DNA of 64,000 nt, from IMG/VR virus record IMGVR_UViG_3300009181_007093, one strand, 5' to 3'. A program made the position numbers and the translations under genes. The DNA is from a virus. Of the stretch, positions 17,573 to 27,174 are shown piece after piece; position 1 is the stretch's first letter; every line of letters starts with the position of its first letter. The notes beneath the pieces were generated by a model. The model made no database searches, was not told the origin of the DNA, and was given only the letters and a program-made list of their open reading frames with translations.

Positions 17573-17884
17573 TTAGACAATTTGTTGCTTGATTGGTTGC
17601 TTCTTTGCCTGTGTTCGCATAAAGGTGTCCACATCTTTTTGTATGGTGATTGGATCAGGCTTTAATCCAGATAATGCTCGGGCAGCATTTTGAAATTTTG
17701 GATCCTTTAATACGGCTCTTGCAACATTACTAGCATTTGGCTTCTCACCAGCACCAGCCAATGCTCCTGCTATAGATCCTTGCTTTTGTAAATTGAAGTT
17801 TACATATGAATCTTCTTTTATATATCTACATTCAAGCCATTTTAAAAAAGTAATCAAATTTAACTCCTTTGTCTGTGCTTCCAC
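17573..17884 (-). CDS. Hypothetical protein
   Basis: ORF; TFLKWLE motif near the N-terminus. Confidence 0.6.
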   Translation of the reverse strand: MEAQTKELNLITFLKWLECRYIKEDSYVNFNLQKQGSIAGALAGAGEKPNASNVARAVLKDPKFQNAARALSGLKPDPITIQKDVDTFMRTQAKKQPIKQQIV

Positions 17885-17919
17885 TCATGAAGCTATACTA
17901 TATAGCTTAATTAATAATA

Positions 17920-19158
17920 TTAATAATTTTTTAATAAAAATGATTTGAAAGATTCCGCTTTTGGTTCTTCTTCAGACTTTACTTCCATTGTTTTTTTATC
18001 AATATATTCAATAAACATGCGGGTGGTTTCTAGTATTATTTCTTCATTTTCTCTTATGTTATCAGGATCTATTTTCCATAATGTCATATACACTATGGAA
18101 TGTGCATTCGGGAGTCCGTAATGACCCAAAACAAAATAATTTACTCCTTCCGCTTGCAATTCGAGTATTTCTTTAGCCAGTCCAGTTCTTTTTTCTGCTG
18201 TGTGTAAAATTTCATGAGTCAATTCATGAATCATTGTGCTTATGTTTTCTTGCAATAATTGAATGGATCCTTTTCTACTAACTCCCCTAGCTCCATCTAA
18301 ACCTTTTGCACTGACTGAGACTTCTATGTTTTTTTCTTTTGCAAAATCAAGCAAGGCATCATAAATGTATCTTGTTGACTCGTCAGGAGTTTCTTCATCA
18401 TACCACTTAGGAGTTGGAACATACATATGTTCTTTTCCTACTATGGGTACTGTGTCTAAAATGTCATAGATATTTCCCAATGTAAATCCGGCAAGTTTGG
18501 TTTCATCTGCGTTAGTATCTCTTATAGGAGCGTCTTCTTCTCCATTTTTTGCTTTATACGTAATTGGGACATATATCTTAATAGCTGTTGAACCAAGCTT
18601 AAGCATTCTACCAAATTTTTCTTTCCATGTGTTTTTACCTTCGACATGTGTTGCGTTTGGTTTTTGAATCCAAATCAACATTTGATTATTAAAAGATCTA
18701 TGTGTGAATTTTTTTCTAAAATTAAGAAATTGGTTGATTTCTTCCGAGCCTCGACTTTCTAGAATTTTTTTCTTTAGATCTTGAAATCTTTCTTTGAGTT
18801 TTTCTGACACTCCTAAATCCGCATGCTCTTCCACATCAGGTTCTTCTGGCGATGGTGGATTAAAATTTTTATTTAATTGATTTAATTTTTGCCTTATTTG
18901 TGGCAAAGCAACTATTAATTCTTCTGGTTCGTATTGTTGAACAGAAACCCACTTGCTTATTTCTTTGTCCCATCTAAATCCTAGGGACTTAATTTTTTGT
19001 TTATTTTTATAGGTTTCATACCCAGCGGCAGATTTGTCAGCTAGATCACTATCAACAACAAACACAAGTTTTCTATCTTGAGTATACCTTTTTTTAATAA
19101 CCAAGTTTTCTTGAAGCTCTTGTTGCCTCATCTTAACAAACTCATTAAATTTTTTCAT
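17920..19158 (-). CDS. ArdC-like antirestriction protein (ssDNA-binding ArdC-N plus zincin HExxH domain)
   Basis: SFNNQMLIWIQKPNATHVEGKNTWK..GR....G..AI.I..P; IHELTHE; ELQAEG; likely start MKKFNEF. Confidence 0.8.
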   Translation of the reverse strand: MKKFNEFVKMRQQELQENLVIKKRYTQDRKLVFVVDSDLADKSAAGYETYKNKQKIKSLGFRWDKEISKWVSVQQYEPEELIVALPQIRQKLNQLNKNFNPPSPEEPDVEEHADLGVSEKLKERFQDLKKKILESRGSEEINQFLNFRKKFTHRSFNNQMLIWIQKPNATHVEGKNTWKEKFGRMLKLGSTAIKIYVPITYKAKNGEEDAPIRDTNADETKLAGFTLGNIYDILDTVPIVGKEHMYVPTPKWYDEETPDESTRYIYDALLDFAKEKNIEVSVSAKGLDGARGVSRKGSIQLLQENISTMIHELTHEILHTAEKRTGLAKEILELQAEGVNYFVLGHYGLPNAHSIVYMTLWKIDPDNIRENEEIILETTRMFIEYIDKKTMEVKSEEEPKAESFKSFLLKNY

Positions 19159-19250
19159 TTTTTCTCTTCTTATAATGTACAAGCAAGTTTGGAATTATGC
19201 ATTTTCTGAATAATTGCATAAATATATAGTTATTAAGAGGAATTTGTTTT

Positions 19251-19490
19251 ATGAAATTTATAGACTGGATAAGACTGAAAGAAGAGGCGGAATCCGCTCC
19301 TGTGGCGGCGGCAACAGCAGCTCAGACTACTCCTGCTCCCTCTGTGAATTTAAGCAGCACAATCACCAGCGATATAGCAAAATTCCCTCAAAGAATGTTT
19401 AGCAAACAAGTACAAACATCTGATAATTGCAGAAATTGCTCTAAAGATTGGAAAAACTGGCACTATACTAAAAAGAAGAAAAATAAATGA
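19251..19490 (+). CDS. Small hypothetical protein with CTS-like N-terminus
   Basis: MKFIDWIRLKEE; GAGG SD; upstream ATAAATA. Confidence 0.7.
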   Translation: MKFIDWIRLKEEAESAPVAAATAAQTTPAPSVNLSSTITSDIAKFPQRMFSKQVQTSDNCRNCSKDWKNWHYTKKKKNK

Positions 19491-19544
19491 GCAAAGTTGA
19501 CTTTTTTCTAGTAAAAAAGTTGAAGAAGCAGGAATTGAATTCTC

Positions 19545-19682
19545 TTGAAAAAAAAGCTAATTAACAAAAGAATAAAAAAGCTATCAGATAAAAAGTGCTA
19601 TTTTTGCAGTTGTGATGTTTACGAACTTCTTGACATACACAGCTCCTACAAAACAATAATTCATATAATTTTCCTTTGTTGA
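19545..19682 (+). pseudogene. Truncated HNH endonuclease remnant, homologous to 20912-21193
   Basis: LINKRIKKLSDKKCYFCSCDVYELLDIH versus LINKKATKMLSGGCFFCGMDDYACLHCH; similarity is lost after the His. Confidence 0.6.
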
Positions 19683-19822
19683 AATTTAATTCAATATATC
19701 TATCATGTAGGTATAGTTTTACTTATGTGATATCATGTCAAGACGCAAAAAATTAATCAATAAAATTACCAAGAAGAGTTGGTTGCACTGCCGATAATAA
19801 ACAATTTTAGCCATTCATTGTT

Positions 19823-20839
19823 TCAATATTGTTTCAATATTTTTTCAATATTCTTCAATTCATTCCAAGCCTTTTGTCTAATAGGACGCCATATTTTACC
19901 ATAGCCAGCATTTTCATAATATTGTTTAAAAAACAAAAAGCGATTGTATTTGCGTTCAAGACTGAAATTTGCCCCTTGGTAAATATAATTCATAAATAAC
20001 ATAGCGTTTCTTTTATTGAATGACACTTTCCAAATATTCCTGTTGAATCTCAAATAACTTTTTGCACCAAACTCATCTAAACAAACTTCTTGTAATTTTT
20101 TTGCAAAATCATAAGAAGCACAAATCGTTACACACGGATAGACATAATATTTATGAGAATTTTGTATGCAGCCATCGCCATCAAAATACCCTCGTAAGAA
20201 ATGCCTCAATAAACAAACTTTAATGTTCGGAAATTTAACTATTTTAGTTTTTCTTGGAACGCACCCAAGAGTGACAAGTTGGTTAGCCAAAATAACATTC
20301 GTGATACATAACGACACTTGGTCGCCACAATCAGTTCGGGGGACCAATTTTACTGAATAATCAGTAACAAGACATTTTTTAATGTAATCTAATATAGCCC
20401 TGTCATTTTCTTTAATTTGCACTCTAAATCCAGTCAATTTACCTTTGCTGTCGTACACGCATCCATCGGCAAAAATGAAACCTAATGAATACGCCTTGTC
20501 TTGAGTATCTATTTGTTGAAAAAAAGTTTCATCAATATCAATAGTTGTTCTCTTGCGTAACTTAATGCCACCTAATTGCAATGCTTTTTTAACTCTGGGT
20601 CTATTAGACTTAATGACATCAGAAATTTGCTTTAATGTAAAATTTTGATTATAAAGAAGAACCACCTTATTTATCTCATCTTGTTGCAACACAAGTTTTT
20701 CTTTATTTGACTTTGGCACTTTAAGGTTGTGTGCAACACAAATACGACGAATTACAGACCTGTCACAACCGCACTTTTTTGCAATTTTAGTTAAACTTGT
20801 GCCAGATTTTAACCAAATACAAATTTGTTCAATATCCAC
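19823..20839 (-). CDS. Free-standing LAGLIDADG homing endonuclease with N-terminal HTH
   Basis: YSLGFIFADG and FLRGYFDGDG. Confidence 0.9.
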   Translation of the reverse strand: MDIEQICIWLKSGTSLTKIAKKCGCDRSVIRRICVAHNLKVPKSNKEKLVLQQDEINKVVLLYNQNFTLKQISDVIKSNRPRVKKALQLGGIKLRKRTTIDIDETFFQQIDTQDKAYSLGFIFADGCVYDSKGKLTGFRVQIKENDRAILDYIKKCLVTDYSVKLVPRTDCGDQVSLCITNVILANQLVTLGCVPRKTKIVKFPNIKVCLLRHFLRGYFDGDGCIQNSHKYYVYPCVTICASYDFAKKLQEVCLDEFGAKSYLRFNRNIWKVSFNKRNAMLFMNYIYQGANFSLERKYNRFLFFKQYYENAGYGKIWRPIRQKAWNELKNIEKILKQY

Positions 20840-20911
20840 AAATAACTCCTATTAGACATCTCTAAGTATTATTGTAAGTATAGATAGTGGCAATGAGTAA
20901 ATTATTTTGAA

Positions 20912-21193
20912 TTATTTCCATAATTCCTTTTTATTTTCCCAAAAATGTAATATCCATCCTCGTCGATTAGTAGACATATATTTTCTATCAATTATAATTT
21001 GATGGTCATGTATTTTGTTGTGACAATTAGAACAAACAACAAGTGTGTTGAAATCACTATAAATTCCATTTGATTCACCAGCTATAATCCGATGACAGTG
21101 AAGACAGGCATAATCATCCATACCACAAAAGAAACAACCCCCAGACAACATTTTTGTTGCCTTCTTGTTTATTAACATTCTTTTTCTAGCCAT
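20912..21193 (-). CDS. Small HNH endonuclease
   Basis: CFFC...HCHRI...FNTLVVCSNCHNKIH. Confidence 0.85.
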   Translation of the reverse strand: MARKRMLINKKATKMLSGGCFFCGMDDYACLHCHRIIAGESNGIYSDFNTLVVCSNCHNKIHDHQIIIDRKYMSTNRRGWILHFWENKKELWK

Positions 21194-21326
21194 AGTAAAA
21201 ATCTCCTTTGCAATACGTCACCAACGTATTATGCCCAGTCCCCTTTAGGGGTTTCTTGTGGAAGGCATATAAACGGTTGGGTTTTGCACTATATTGATGA
21301 AAATGGTTTAGAACACTATGATTGAA

Positions 21327-21902
21327 CTAACCGATATTTTTTTTCTTGAACAAACTATTGCGGTGCTGTTTTATTAATGCACAAGCTTCTGGAGTCCAGC
21401 TTCTTGTTCTAACATGTCCTTTGAAAACATATTGGTCCATCTCTGCTTGACCAAATCTTATGGCTTTATCATTTGGAGAAAAAGACCTATAAATCATATG
21501 TTCAAATGATTTTAACATATCTCGCATTGAAGTGGGACTCATTACATAATATAAATTCATTCTAGGCACTAAAATACAAGCACCTTGATTGATATAATCC
21601 TGTAAAAGAAATGTTTTAAATGTAAAAGTTGTAGACCATTCTGGGATTGTCTTAATATCTACTTTATAAGTCTTTCCGTTGATTATAATTAAATTATCTG
21701 CGTTGTTATTGCATAGATTGCCTGCTATCAAGCCACCGGTATTGTCTACTCCATAATTACATATCTCTACTGACTCTCCTCTAGAGCATAAATCTGCTGC
21801 GTATATCCTTATCCAGTCCTGTTCCCTGCCTGTGAAATCCTTTATATTTTCTGAAAATATTTCTTTAGATCTGTTGTCCATTCTGTGTGTTAAGCTGCTC
21901 AT
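21327..21902 (-). CDS. Hypothetical protein, possible PD-(D/E)XK nuclease
   Basis: NAD...VDIKT; likely start MSSLTHR. Confidence 0.55.
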   Translation of the reverse strand: MSSLTHRMDNRSKEIFSENIKDFTGREQDWIRIYAADLCSRGESVEICNYGVDNTGGLIAGNLCNNNADNLIIINGKTYKVDIKTIPEWSTTFTFKTFLLQDYINQGACILVPRMNLYYVMSPTSMRDMLKSFEHMIYRSFSPNDKAIRFGQAEMDQYVFKGHVRTRSWTPEACALIKQHRNSLFKKKNIG

Positions 21903-21912
21903 ATTATAACCT

Positions 21913-22752
21913 TTAATAATTTGTAATAAAAAGTTCTTTTCCTTTTTTCTTAGTTTTAGATTGATTTTTAGCACTAGATGTGCCGCAATATGTCCAAGAA
22001 GCAGATTCAATATTGAAGTTGCTAAACAATTTTCGTATCACTCCTCCTTCATCATCATCATAACTAATCAATATTTTATGTTTGCACTTATAAACAGCAT
22101 CTCTAAATTTTTCATGATCCTCAAGCATAAAACCATATCTGTACAATTGTGAACTTCGAGCCAAATTTGTATTAACCAAGTACGGAGGATCAGCATATAT
22201 CCACACATCTTCTCCTGGTGTAGAAAGCAATTGTTCGTAACTGCCTACAGTAATATTAACATCTTTCAAGTGCTCTGCTGCTTTTTCTAGTTTATTGCCT
22301 TTTACAATATTCCATCCAGAAGGATTAGAAAAATACATTCTAGATGGCATGTCATAATTTGTTCTGCCTGCAAAAACTGTTTTATTTACAAATAAATACC
22401 GCAAAGCTTGATCGCACTTATCATCAAAAGACAATTTATCAAATACAGATTTTAGACGAGCGTTATAAATTTTTTTCCCACCAGGACGAGCCGAAGTAAG
22501 TTTTTCACCTTGCTTTTGAGGTTTTATTTTTTTACACATTTCTATGAATTCAGTGGGTCTATCTCTTAGTGCCAGATATACGCTCATTAAATGTGGGTCA
22601 ATATCATTAATCCATCTGCTTATTGGCTGAATAGCAAAAAATACAGATGAGCCACCACAAAATGGCTCTCGATAATCCTTTATTACACTTGGTGCTTTTG
22701 AGACTATCAATTTCGCCACTCGGCTTTTACCGCCCGGAAACCGAAATATCAT
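21913..22752 (-). CDS. Dam-like (D12 class) N6-adenine DNA methyltransferase
   Basis: FPGGKS, EPFCGGSS, NDID, YADPPY. Confidence 0.92.
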   Translation of the reverse strand: MIFRFPGGKSRVAKLIVSKAPSVIKDYREPFCGGSSVFFAIQPISRWINDIDPHLMSVYLALRDRPTEFIEMCKKIKPQKQGEKLTSARPGGKKIYNARLKSVFDKLSFDDKCDQALRYLFVNKTVFAGRTNYDMPSRMYFSNPSGWNIVKGNKLEKAAEHLKDVNITVGSYEQLLSTPGEDVWIYADPPYLVNTNLARSSQLYRYGFMLEDHEKFRDAVYKCKHKILISYDDDEGGVIRKLFSNFNIESASWTYCGTSSAKNQSKTKKKGKELFITNY

Positions 22753-22756
22753 TTTA

Positions 22757-23053
22757 TCACTGAATAATTTTTTTGTTATTTGAAGCTAAGACAATGCCAC
22801 TGCCGTATTGGCTACTGTATCCATTTTTAACATCTGCATCTGGCTCTGATATTAAAACAACATGATTTATACCAATAGTATAACTTTCATCACTACTAAG
22901 AGGCATAAGTGGAATAGATCCTATGCCTTCCGCTGTCATCATAAACCTTTGTGGTTTTTTCATTTTTATACTTTTGCCAAATAATTCATCATCAATCAAT
23001 TCAATATCTGCAACGATGTCTTCCCCTGTGACTATTTTTACTAGTTTAATCAT
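22757..23053 (-). CDS. Conserved T4-like Sm-fold hypothetical protein
   Basis: IKLVKIVTGEDIVA start; C-terminal Y..QYGSGIV. Confidence 0.6.
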   Translation of the reverse strand: MIKLVKIVTGEDIVADIELIDDELFGKSIKMKKPQRFMMTAEGIGSIPLMPLSSDESYTIGINHVVLISEPDADVKNGYSSQYGSGIVLASNNKKIIQ

Positions 23054-24425
23054 TTTTTACCTTTTCTACTATTTGTGAAATTAAATTCGTTGTTGAAAAA
23101 CCTGACACCATCGGAAAAACACAAACCTCTGCTGCGTGGCTAGCACCTACAATATCCTCTTTTTTGTATTCAGAACCTTTAACAATTACATCCGGAAGTA
23201 TTTCTTGGATAATGTTAAGAGGCGTTTTTTCATCAAAAACAACAATATAGTCTATTGATTCTAAAGATGATAACACTTTTATTCTATCACATAAGGACTG
23301 TATAGGTCTACCCTTCTTTAGTTGAGAAACACTTCTGTCTGTATTAATTCCTACTACTAGTTTCTCTCCTTTTGACTTAGAAAAGTTAAGAAGCTCAATA
23401 TGTCCGGTATGCAATAAGTCAAAACACCCATTTGTAAAAACTAATTTAAAGTCTCTTCTTCTCAAATCGGAAGCGTTTACAACTTTATCTTTGCCAACTA
23501 AATCAAGCTTGTTTATTGGCTCATTGTACTTTTTACGCACATAGATCAAACCCGCTTCTAATGCTATTTTAGATGCTTCTAGTATTGAGGCTCCTCTAAC
23601 AAGAGCCATAGTTAAAAATGCGACAAAACAATCCCCAGCACCTATAACCGATTCTGCCTGAGGTGCTGTGCAATCTGGAAATATCTCAACTGCCTTGATT
23701 CCTTCTGCCTGATTAGAAATTACCGTTATGCATTTATCTTCATTTGTTATGACAACATGTTCACAATTAATCTTTTTAATTATCCATATACCAGCATCAA
23801 TAGCGTTGCTACAGCCAGATATTGATATTGCTTCTTTGTAGTTTGGCTTAAAAACGGTACATCCATTCCACTTTTCAATATTCTTACATTTGGAATCAAC
23901 TACAGTTATGGGAACATTTTTTATCAAAGACGGCAAATAGTGCTCACAAACGCCTTTGTCATAATCAGAGAATATTAATGCTGAAAACTCCCCTATTCTA
24001 GGTAAGTTTTTATCGTATAACTCTTGACATAATTCCAGTATAGATTGTGAATCCATTCCATAGAATTCTTCTTCAATGTCCCATCGATAAGTAGGAAAAT
24101 TTTCGCTATAGAACCTTCTTTTCCTTGGTATATTATTTTCTATCATCAAACATAACGACGTATCTATGTTATGTTCTTCAAGTTGCAGTTTAGACTCTTG
24201 ATCTAAAAAACATAAAAGTTTAGCTTCAATGCTAAAATGAGAAAACTGATGTGCTACATTTGCTGCTCCGCCAGGACATATTTTAGATTTGTCCGTTTTT
24301 GAATGCATCACCGGTATTGGAAATTCTGGCGATATTTTTTTTACATTAACAAAGAAATATTCATCAATCATGGCATCGCCAATAATGCCTATTTTTTTAT
24401 TTTCTCCAATCAAATATTTCATCAT
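23046..24425 (-). CDS. hldE: Bifunctional heptose-7-phosphate kinase / heptose-1-phosphate adenylyltransferase
   Basis: IGDAMIDEY, ISPEFPIPV, GGAANVA, SDYDKG, GAGDCF; FTNGCFDLLHTGH, KGRPI, FSTT. Confidence 0.92.
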   Translation of the reverse strand: MMKYLIGENKKIGIIGDAMIDEYFFVNVKKISPEFPIPVMHSKTDKSKICPGGAANVAHQFSHFSIEAKLLCFLDQESKLQLEEHNIDTSLCLMIENNIPRKRRFYSENFPTYRWDIEEEFYGMDSQSILELCQELYDKNLPRIGEFSALIFSDYDKGVCEHYLPSLIKNVPITVVDSKCKNIEKWNGCTVFKPNYKEAISISGCSNAIDAGIWIIKKINCEHVVITNEDKCITVISNQAEGIKAVEIFPDCTAPQAESVIGAGDCFVAFLTMALVRGASILEASKIALEAGLIYVRKKYNEPINKLDLVGKDKVVNASDLRRRDFKLVFTNGCFDLLHTGHIELLNFSKSKGEKLVVGINTDRSVSQLKKGRPIQSLCDRIKVLSSLESIDYIVVFDEKTPLNIIQEILPDVIVKGSEYKKEDIVGASHAAEVCVFPMVSGFSTTNLISQIVEKVKND

Positions 24426-24464
24426 TATAATATATGAAAAAAAAGATTATCAATCAAGTCGTTT

Positions 24465-25121
24465 TTAGTTATTTTGGTTTTTTATTTCTTTTTTAATTTT
24501 ACTCATTCCAATTTCTGTAAGTACCATGAATTTATATCCTCTTGCCTCACAAAAGTATTGGCACGCTGCCCATTTTGCATTATTTTTAGGCAAGCTTGTT
24601 TGATTGGAAGGCTTTATTTCCCATATTTCAACTCTGTTGTTAAAAAAAATTTGCAAGTCAGGATTGTATTCGTGTGGCTCACCTTGGAAACTGTATGGCA
24701 CTGCGAACGGCTCTACTTTGTATCCTACAACATCATTCATAGCTTCCAGACATTCATATACTTCACACTCCATTCCGGATCTGTAATGAACCTCTTTGCC
24801 GTTTTTTACAGAATACATATAGCCTTCTCTAAACTTAGGCTTTCTCTGCGTCATTTTTCCTGTTTTATGATTTTGGTCTTTCCATATCGTTGCTTTCAAT
24901 TGACCTTTTTTTGGAATAGATTCTGTTTTGTGATTAACTAAAAAATGTTGTCTTAAATCTCTTACACATGCTCCACACCTTTCAAGAGGGCATTTTATAT
25001 ATTCTCTGCCCTCTTCATGGTTTTCTACAATGTGATCTGTAAACTCTTTAAAACAAGTGTAGCTCAAACCACATACAAAACAGGCGTAGTGTCGTATAGC
25101 ATTGTTTTGAAAAGGAAACAT
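24465..25121 (-). CDS. TnsA-like/gp4-like endonuclease with N-terminal C2H2 zinc fingers
   Basis: CxxC...H...H; YRSGME, YNPD, EIKP, KWAAC, F.VLTE. Confidence 0.8.
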   Translation of the reverse strand: MFPFQNNAIRHYACFVCGLSYTCFKEFTDHIVENHEEGREYIKCPLERCGACVRDLRQHFLVNHKTESIPKKGQLKATIWKDQNHKTGKMTQRKPKFREGYMYSVKNGKEVHYRSGMECEVYECLEAMNDVVGYKVEPFAVPYSFQGEPHEYNPDLQIFFNNRVEIWEIKPSNQTSLPKNNAKWAACQYFCEARGYKFMVLTEIGMSKIKKEIKNQNN

Positions 25122-25122
25122 T

Positions 25123-25413
25123 TTACCTACTTTTCAATATTTGCTTTATTATTTCTTTTTTGTCACAAACTTCTATTTCTGGCATGTCTTTCTCAATGAA
25201 AACTTCTTTTTTGTTTGTACTGATATTTTTTGCAACAAAACTTACTTTTTCATCTGCGGTCATATCTTCCGTGTCATGCGACTTAATTTTTGCAAATATA
25301 ATCCTATTATCCTCGGTAGCCACATAATAATTTCCATTTTTTTTAAAAAATAAAGTGTAGCCTTCTGAGTCTAAACTATTAGATATATTAAAAAAGTTTT
25401 CCCAAGTAATCAT
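25123..25413 (-). CDS. Hypothetical protein
   Basis: 96-aa ORF. Confidence 0.65.
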   Translation of the reverse strand: MITWENFFNISNSLDSEGYTLFFKKNGNYYVATEDNRIIFAKIKSHDTEDMTADEKVSFVAKNISTNKKEVFIEKDMPEIEVCDKKEIIKQILKSR

Positions 25414-25456
25414 TAATAATTCCTTTAAATAACCTATTATCTTATATATATATAAT

Positions 25457-25849
25457 ATGTTAAATGCCTGTAGTTTTAAAACGTTCTTTTTCCATGAACA
25501 GCAAAAAAAAGCTGACTACCTTGCCGCTTTGGGCGACGAAGAAGGAATTGAATGGAGCAATCTTGTTAAAATATTAGAAACAGAGCCTTGGATTTCCTCG
25601 CATTTTGGCTTAGGAAGCCCAAATAAAGAAATACTGTATAAGCTCTCAGCATGGGAAGTTGTTAAAGGATCATTATCGCCACAAGGAGCCGATATAAGAT
25701 TAAAACCACAAACAGGTAGTAGAAGCTATTTATCTGGTAATAAGCTTAACAAATCTAGCTATCAAGATAAAAAAAGGTATCACTTAAACAGAAAAGAATT
25801 AACCAGTTTTCTTACAACAGGCTGGTCTCCAGCTTTAGGCGGAGTATGA
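25457..25849 (+). CDS. Hypothetical protein
   Basis: 130-aa ORF; SFKTFF.HE near the N-terminus. Confidence 0.7.
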   Translation: MLNACSFKTFFFHEQQKKADYLAALGDEEGIEWSNLVKILETEPWISSHFGLGSPNKEILYKLSAWEVVKGSLSPQGADIRLKPQTGSRSYLSGNKLNKSSYQDKKRYHLNRKELTSFLTTGWSPALGGV

Positions 25850-26019
25850 ATTTTAAAGAATGGATTAAATTAAAAGAAACAGGAACCTCTACAGCATCTA
25901 TTGCTGTATTTGCTAGACCTTTGTTTAGTAGTCCAATTAAAAGAATTCCAACACAGAAACTTAAAGTATCAGACAAAAAGTCAGTTGCTACCGTTAACTC
26001 CGAAATCCCTATTTTGTAG
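25846..26019 (+). CDS. 57-aa protein, paralogue of 19251-19490 (missing from the ORF track)
   Basis: ATGA overlap; MNFKEWIKLKETGTSTASIAVFARPLFS. Confidence 0.7.
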   Translation: MNFKEWIKLKETGTSTASIAVFARPLFSSPIKRIPTQKLKVSDKKSVATVNSEIPIL

Positions 26020-26145
26020 TGCCCTTGCTTCTATAGCTATGAATCAATGGTTTTTTGATTCTAAACTTAGCAGGAGTTATACGGGTCGGTGCAACTATCT
26101 CCGGCGATCCTAACATGCACTTAAAAAAGTGAAAAAAATACTTAA

Positions 26146-26748
26146 TCATTTTGGATCGATTATATTAGAAAAGAGTGAGGATATAAATAGTAATATTGAC
26201 TTATTCTTTTCTTCAATAGTCATGGATGCGTTCTCAATAATCAAATCAAAATTAGACCAGTCATATGATGATTTGTCTAAAGAGCTTTCGCTGGTAGATT
26301 TCGAGTTAAATGGGTCTAAATCTAACCTTATATTATATCCACCACACTTTTTGATCGCCTCTACCTCATTTGGGAATCTACAATCAGAAATAATAGCTAA
26401 GTCTAGATTTTCTTTTTTAATCTTATTAATTGTGGCGTCCACCCACACATTGTTTTTTAATGCTCTAAATACTTTTGTTCCAATAATCTCCATAGATTCT
26501 CGAGCAGTTAATTGTACTCCATCCCAACAAATATCCGTCATTGTATTTTTATCATCGTCGGTACCATAACATTGGTCATAAGATAACCCCAATATATTGA
26601 TACAAATATCCTGTTTTAAAGGATCTGCAAAACTGTACACTTTGCAAGAAAAATTAAAACTATTTTTCTCCATAAAAGACATAATATAATCGGCAGACGA
26701 GCTTTTGCCAGATTGCTTGCGTCCAGAAAGTCCTATGATTACAGTCAT
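26146..26748 (-). CDS. Deoxynucleoside monophosphate kinase (T4 gp1-like)
   Basis: GLSGRKQSGKS, SFADPLK, ISDCRFPNE. Confidence 0.88.
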   Translation of the reverse strand: MTVIIGLSGRKQSGKSSSADYIMSFMEKNSFNFSCKVYSFADPLKQDICINILGLSYDQCYGTDDDKNTMTDICWDGVQLTARESMEIIGTKVFRALKNNVWVDATINKIKKENLDLAIISDCRFPNEVEAIKKCGGYNIRLDLDPFNSKSTSESSLDKSSYDWSNFDLIIENASMTIEEKNKSILLFISSLFSNIIDPK

Positions 26749-26848
26749 GTATCTGTCTATTTCTGTAGAAAAATTTATTCCTCAAGTTATTGAGGTTTCG
26801 TTTAATCCAGTGAAGCACACTCTACTATTTTAGCACAATATTTTCAAA

Positions 26849-26877
26849 AGCATAGCAAAAACAAAAAATCATGTCAA
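26849..26877 (-). promoter_or_regulatory. Sigma70-type promoter
   Basis: TTGACA-17-TATGCT with TGn. Confidence 0.75.
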
Positions 26878-26898
26878 TACTGTAAATAGAAAGATAAC

Positions 26899-27174
26899 AT
26901 GTCTAAAAAAATAGAACCTATATGCAAAAATTGCTTGTTATATGACGGCAATAAAAAACAATGTAAAGTTGCTATTTTGGTAGAAGGTACCGAGTACCAT
27001 TTGCCTGTTAGTCCCAATGATAAATGCCACATGGAAGAACTTGGAATAGAAGTCGAGCAAGTACGTTGGTGGGTAGAAGACTCTGAAGGAAAGCCAACGA
27101 ATAAAAAAGGAATTGTAAAAATTGAATATCCAAAAAATTTCTTTGGTTATGGAAAGAATATAAATGTCATGTGA
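26899..27174 (+). CDS. Hypothetical Cys-containing protein
   Basis: CKNCLLY motif. Confidence 0.7.
   Translation: MSKKIEPICKNCLLYDGNKKQCKVAILVEGTEYHLPVSPNDKCHMEELGIEVEQVRWWVEDSEGKPTNKKGIVKIEYPKNFFGYGKNINVM

Noticed and set aside
24465-25121. Tn7-like transposon
   Set aside because: A lone TnsA-fold nuclease is common in T4-like phages; no TnsB/TnsC or transposon ends were seen
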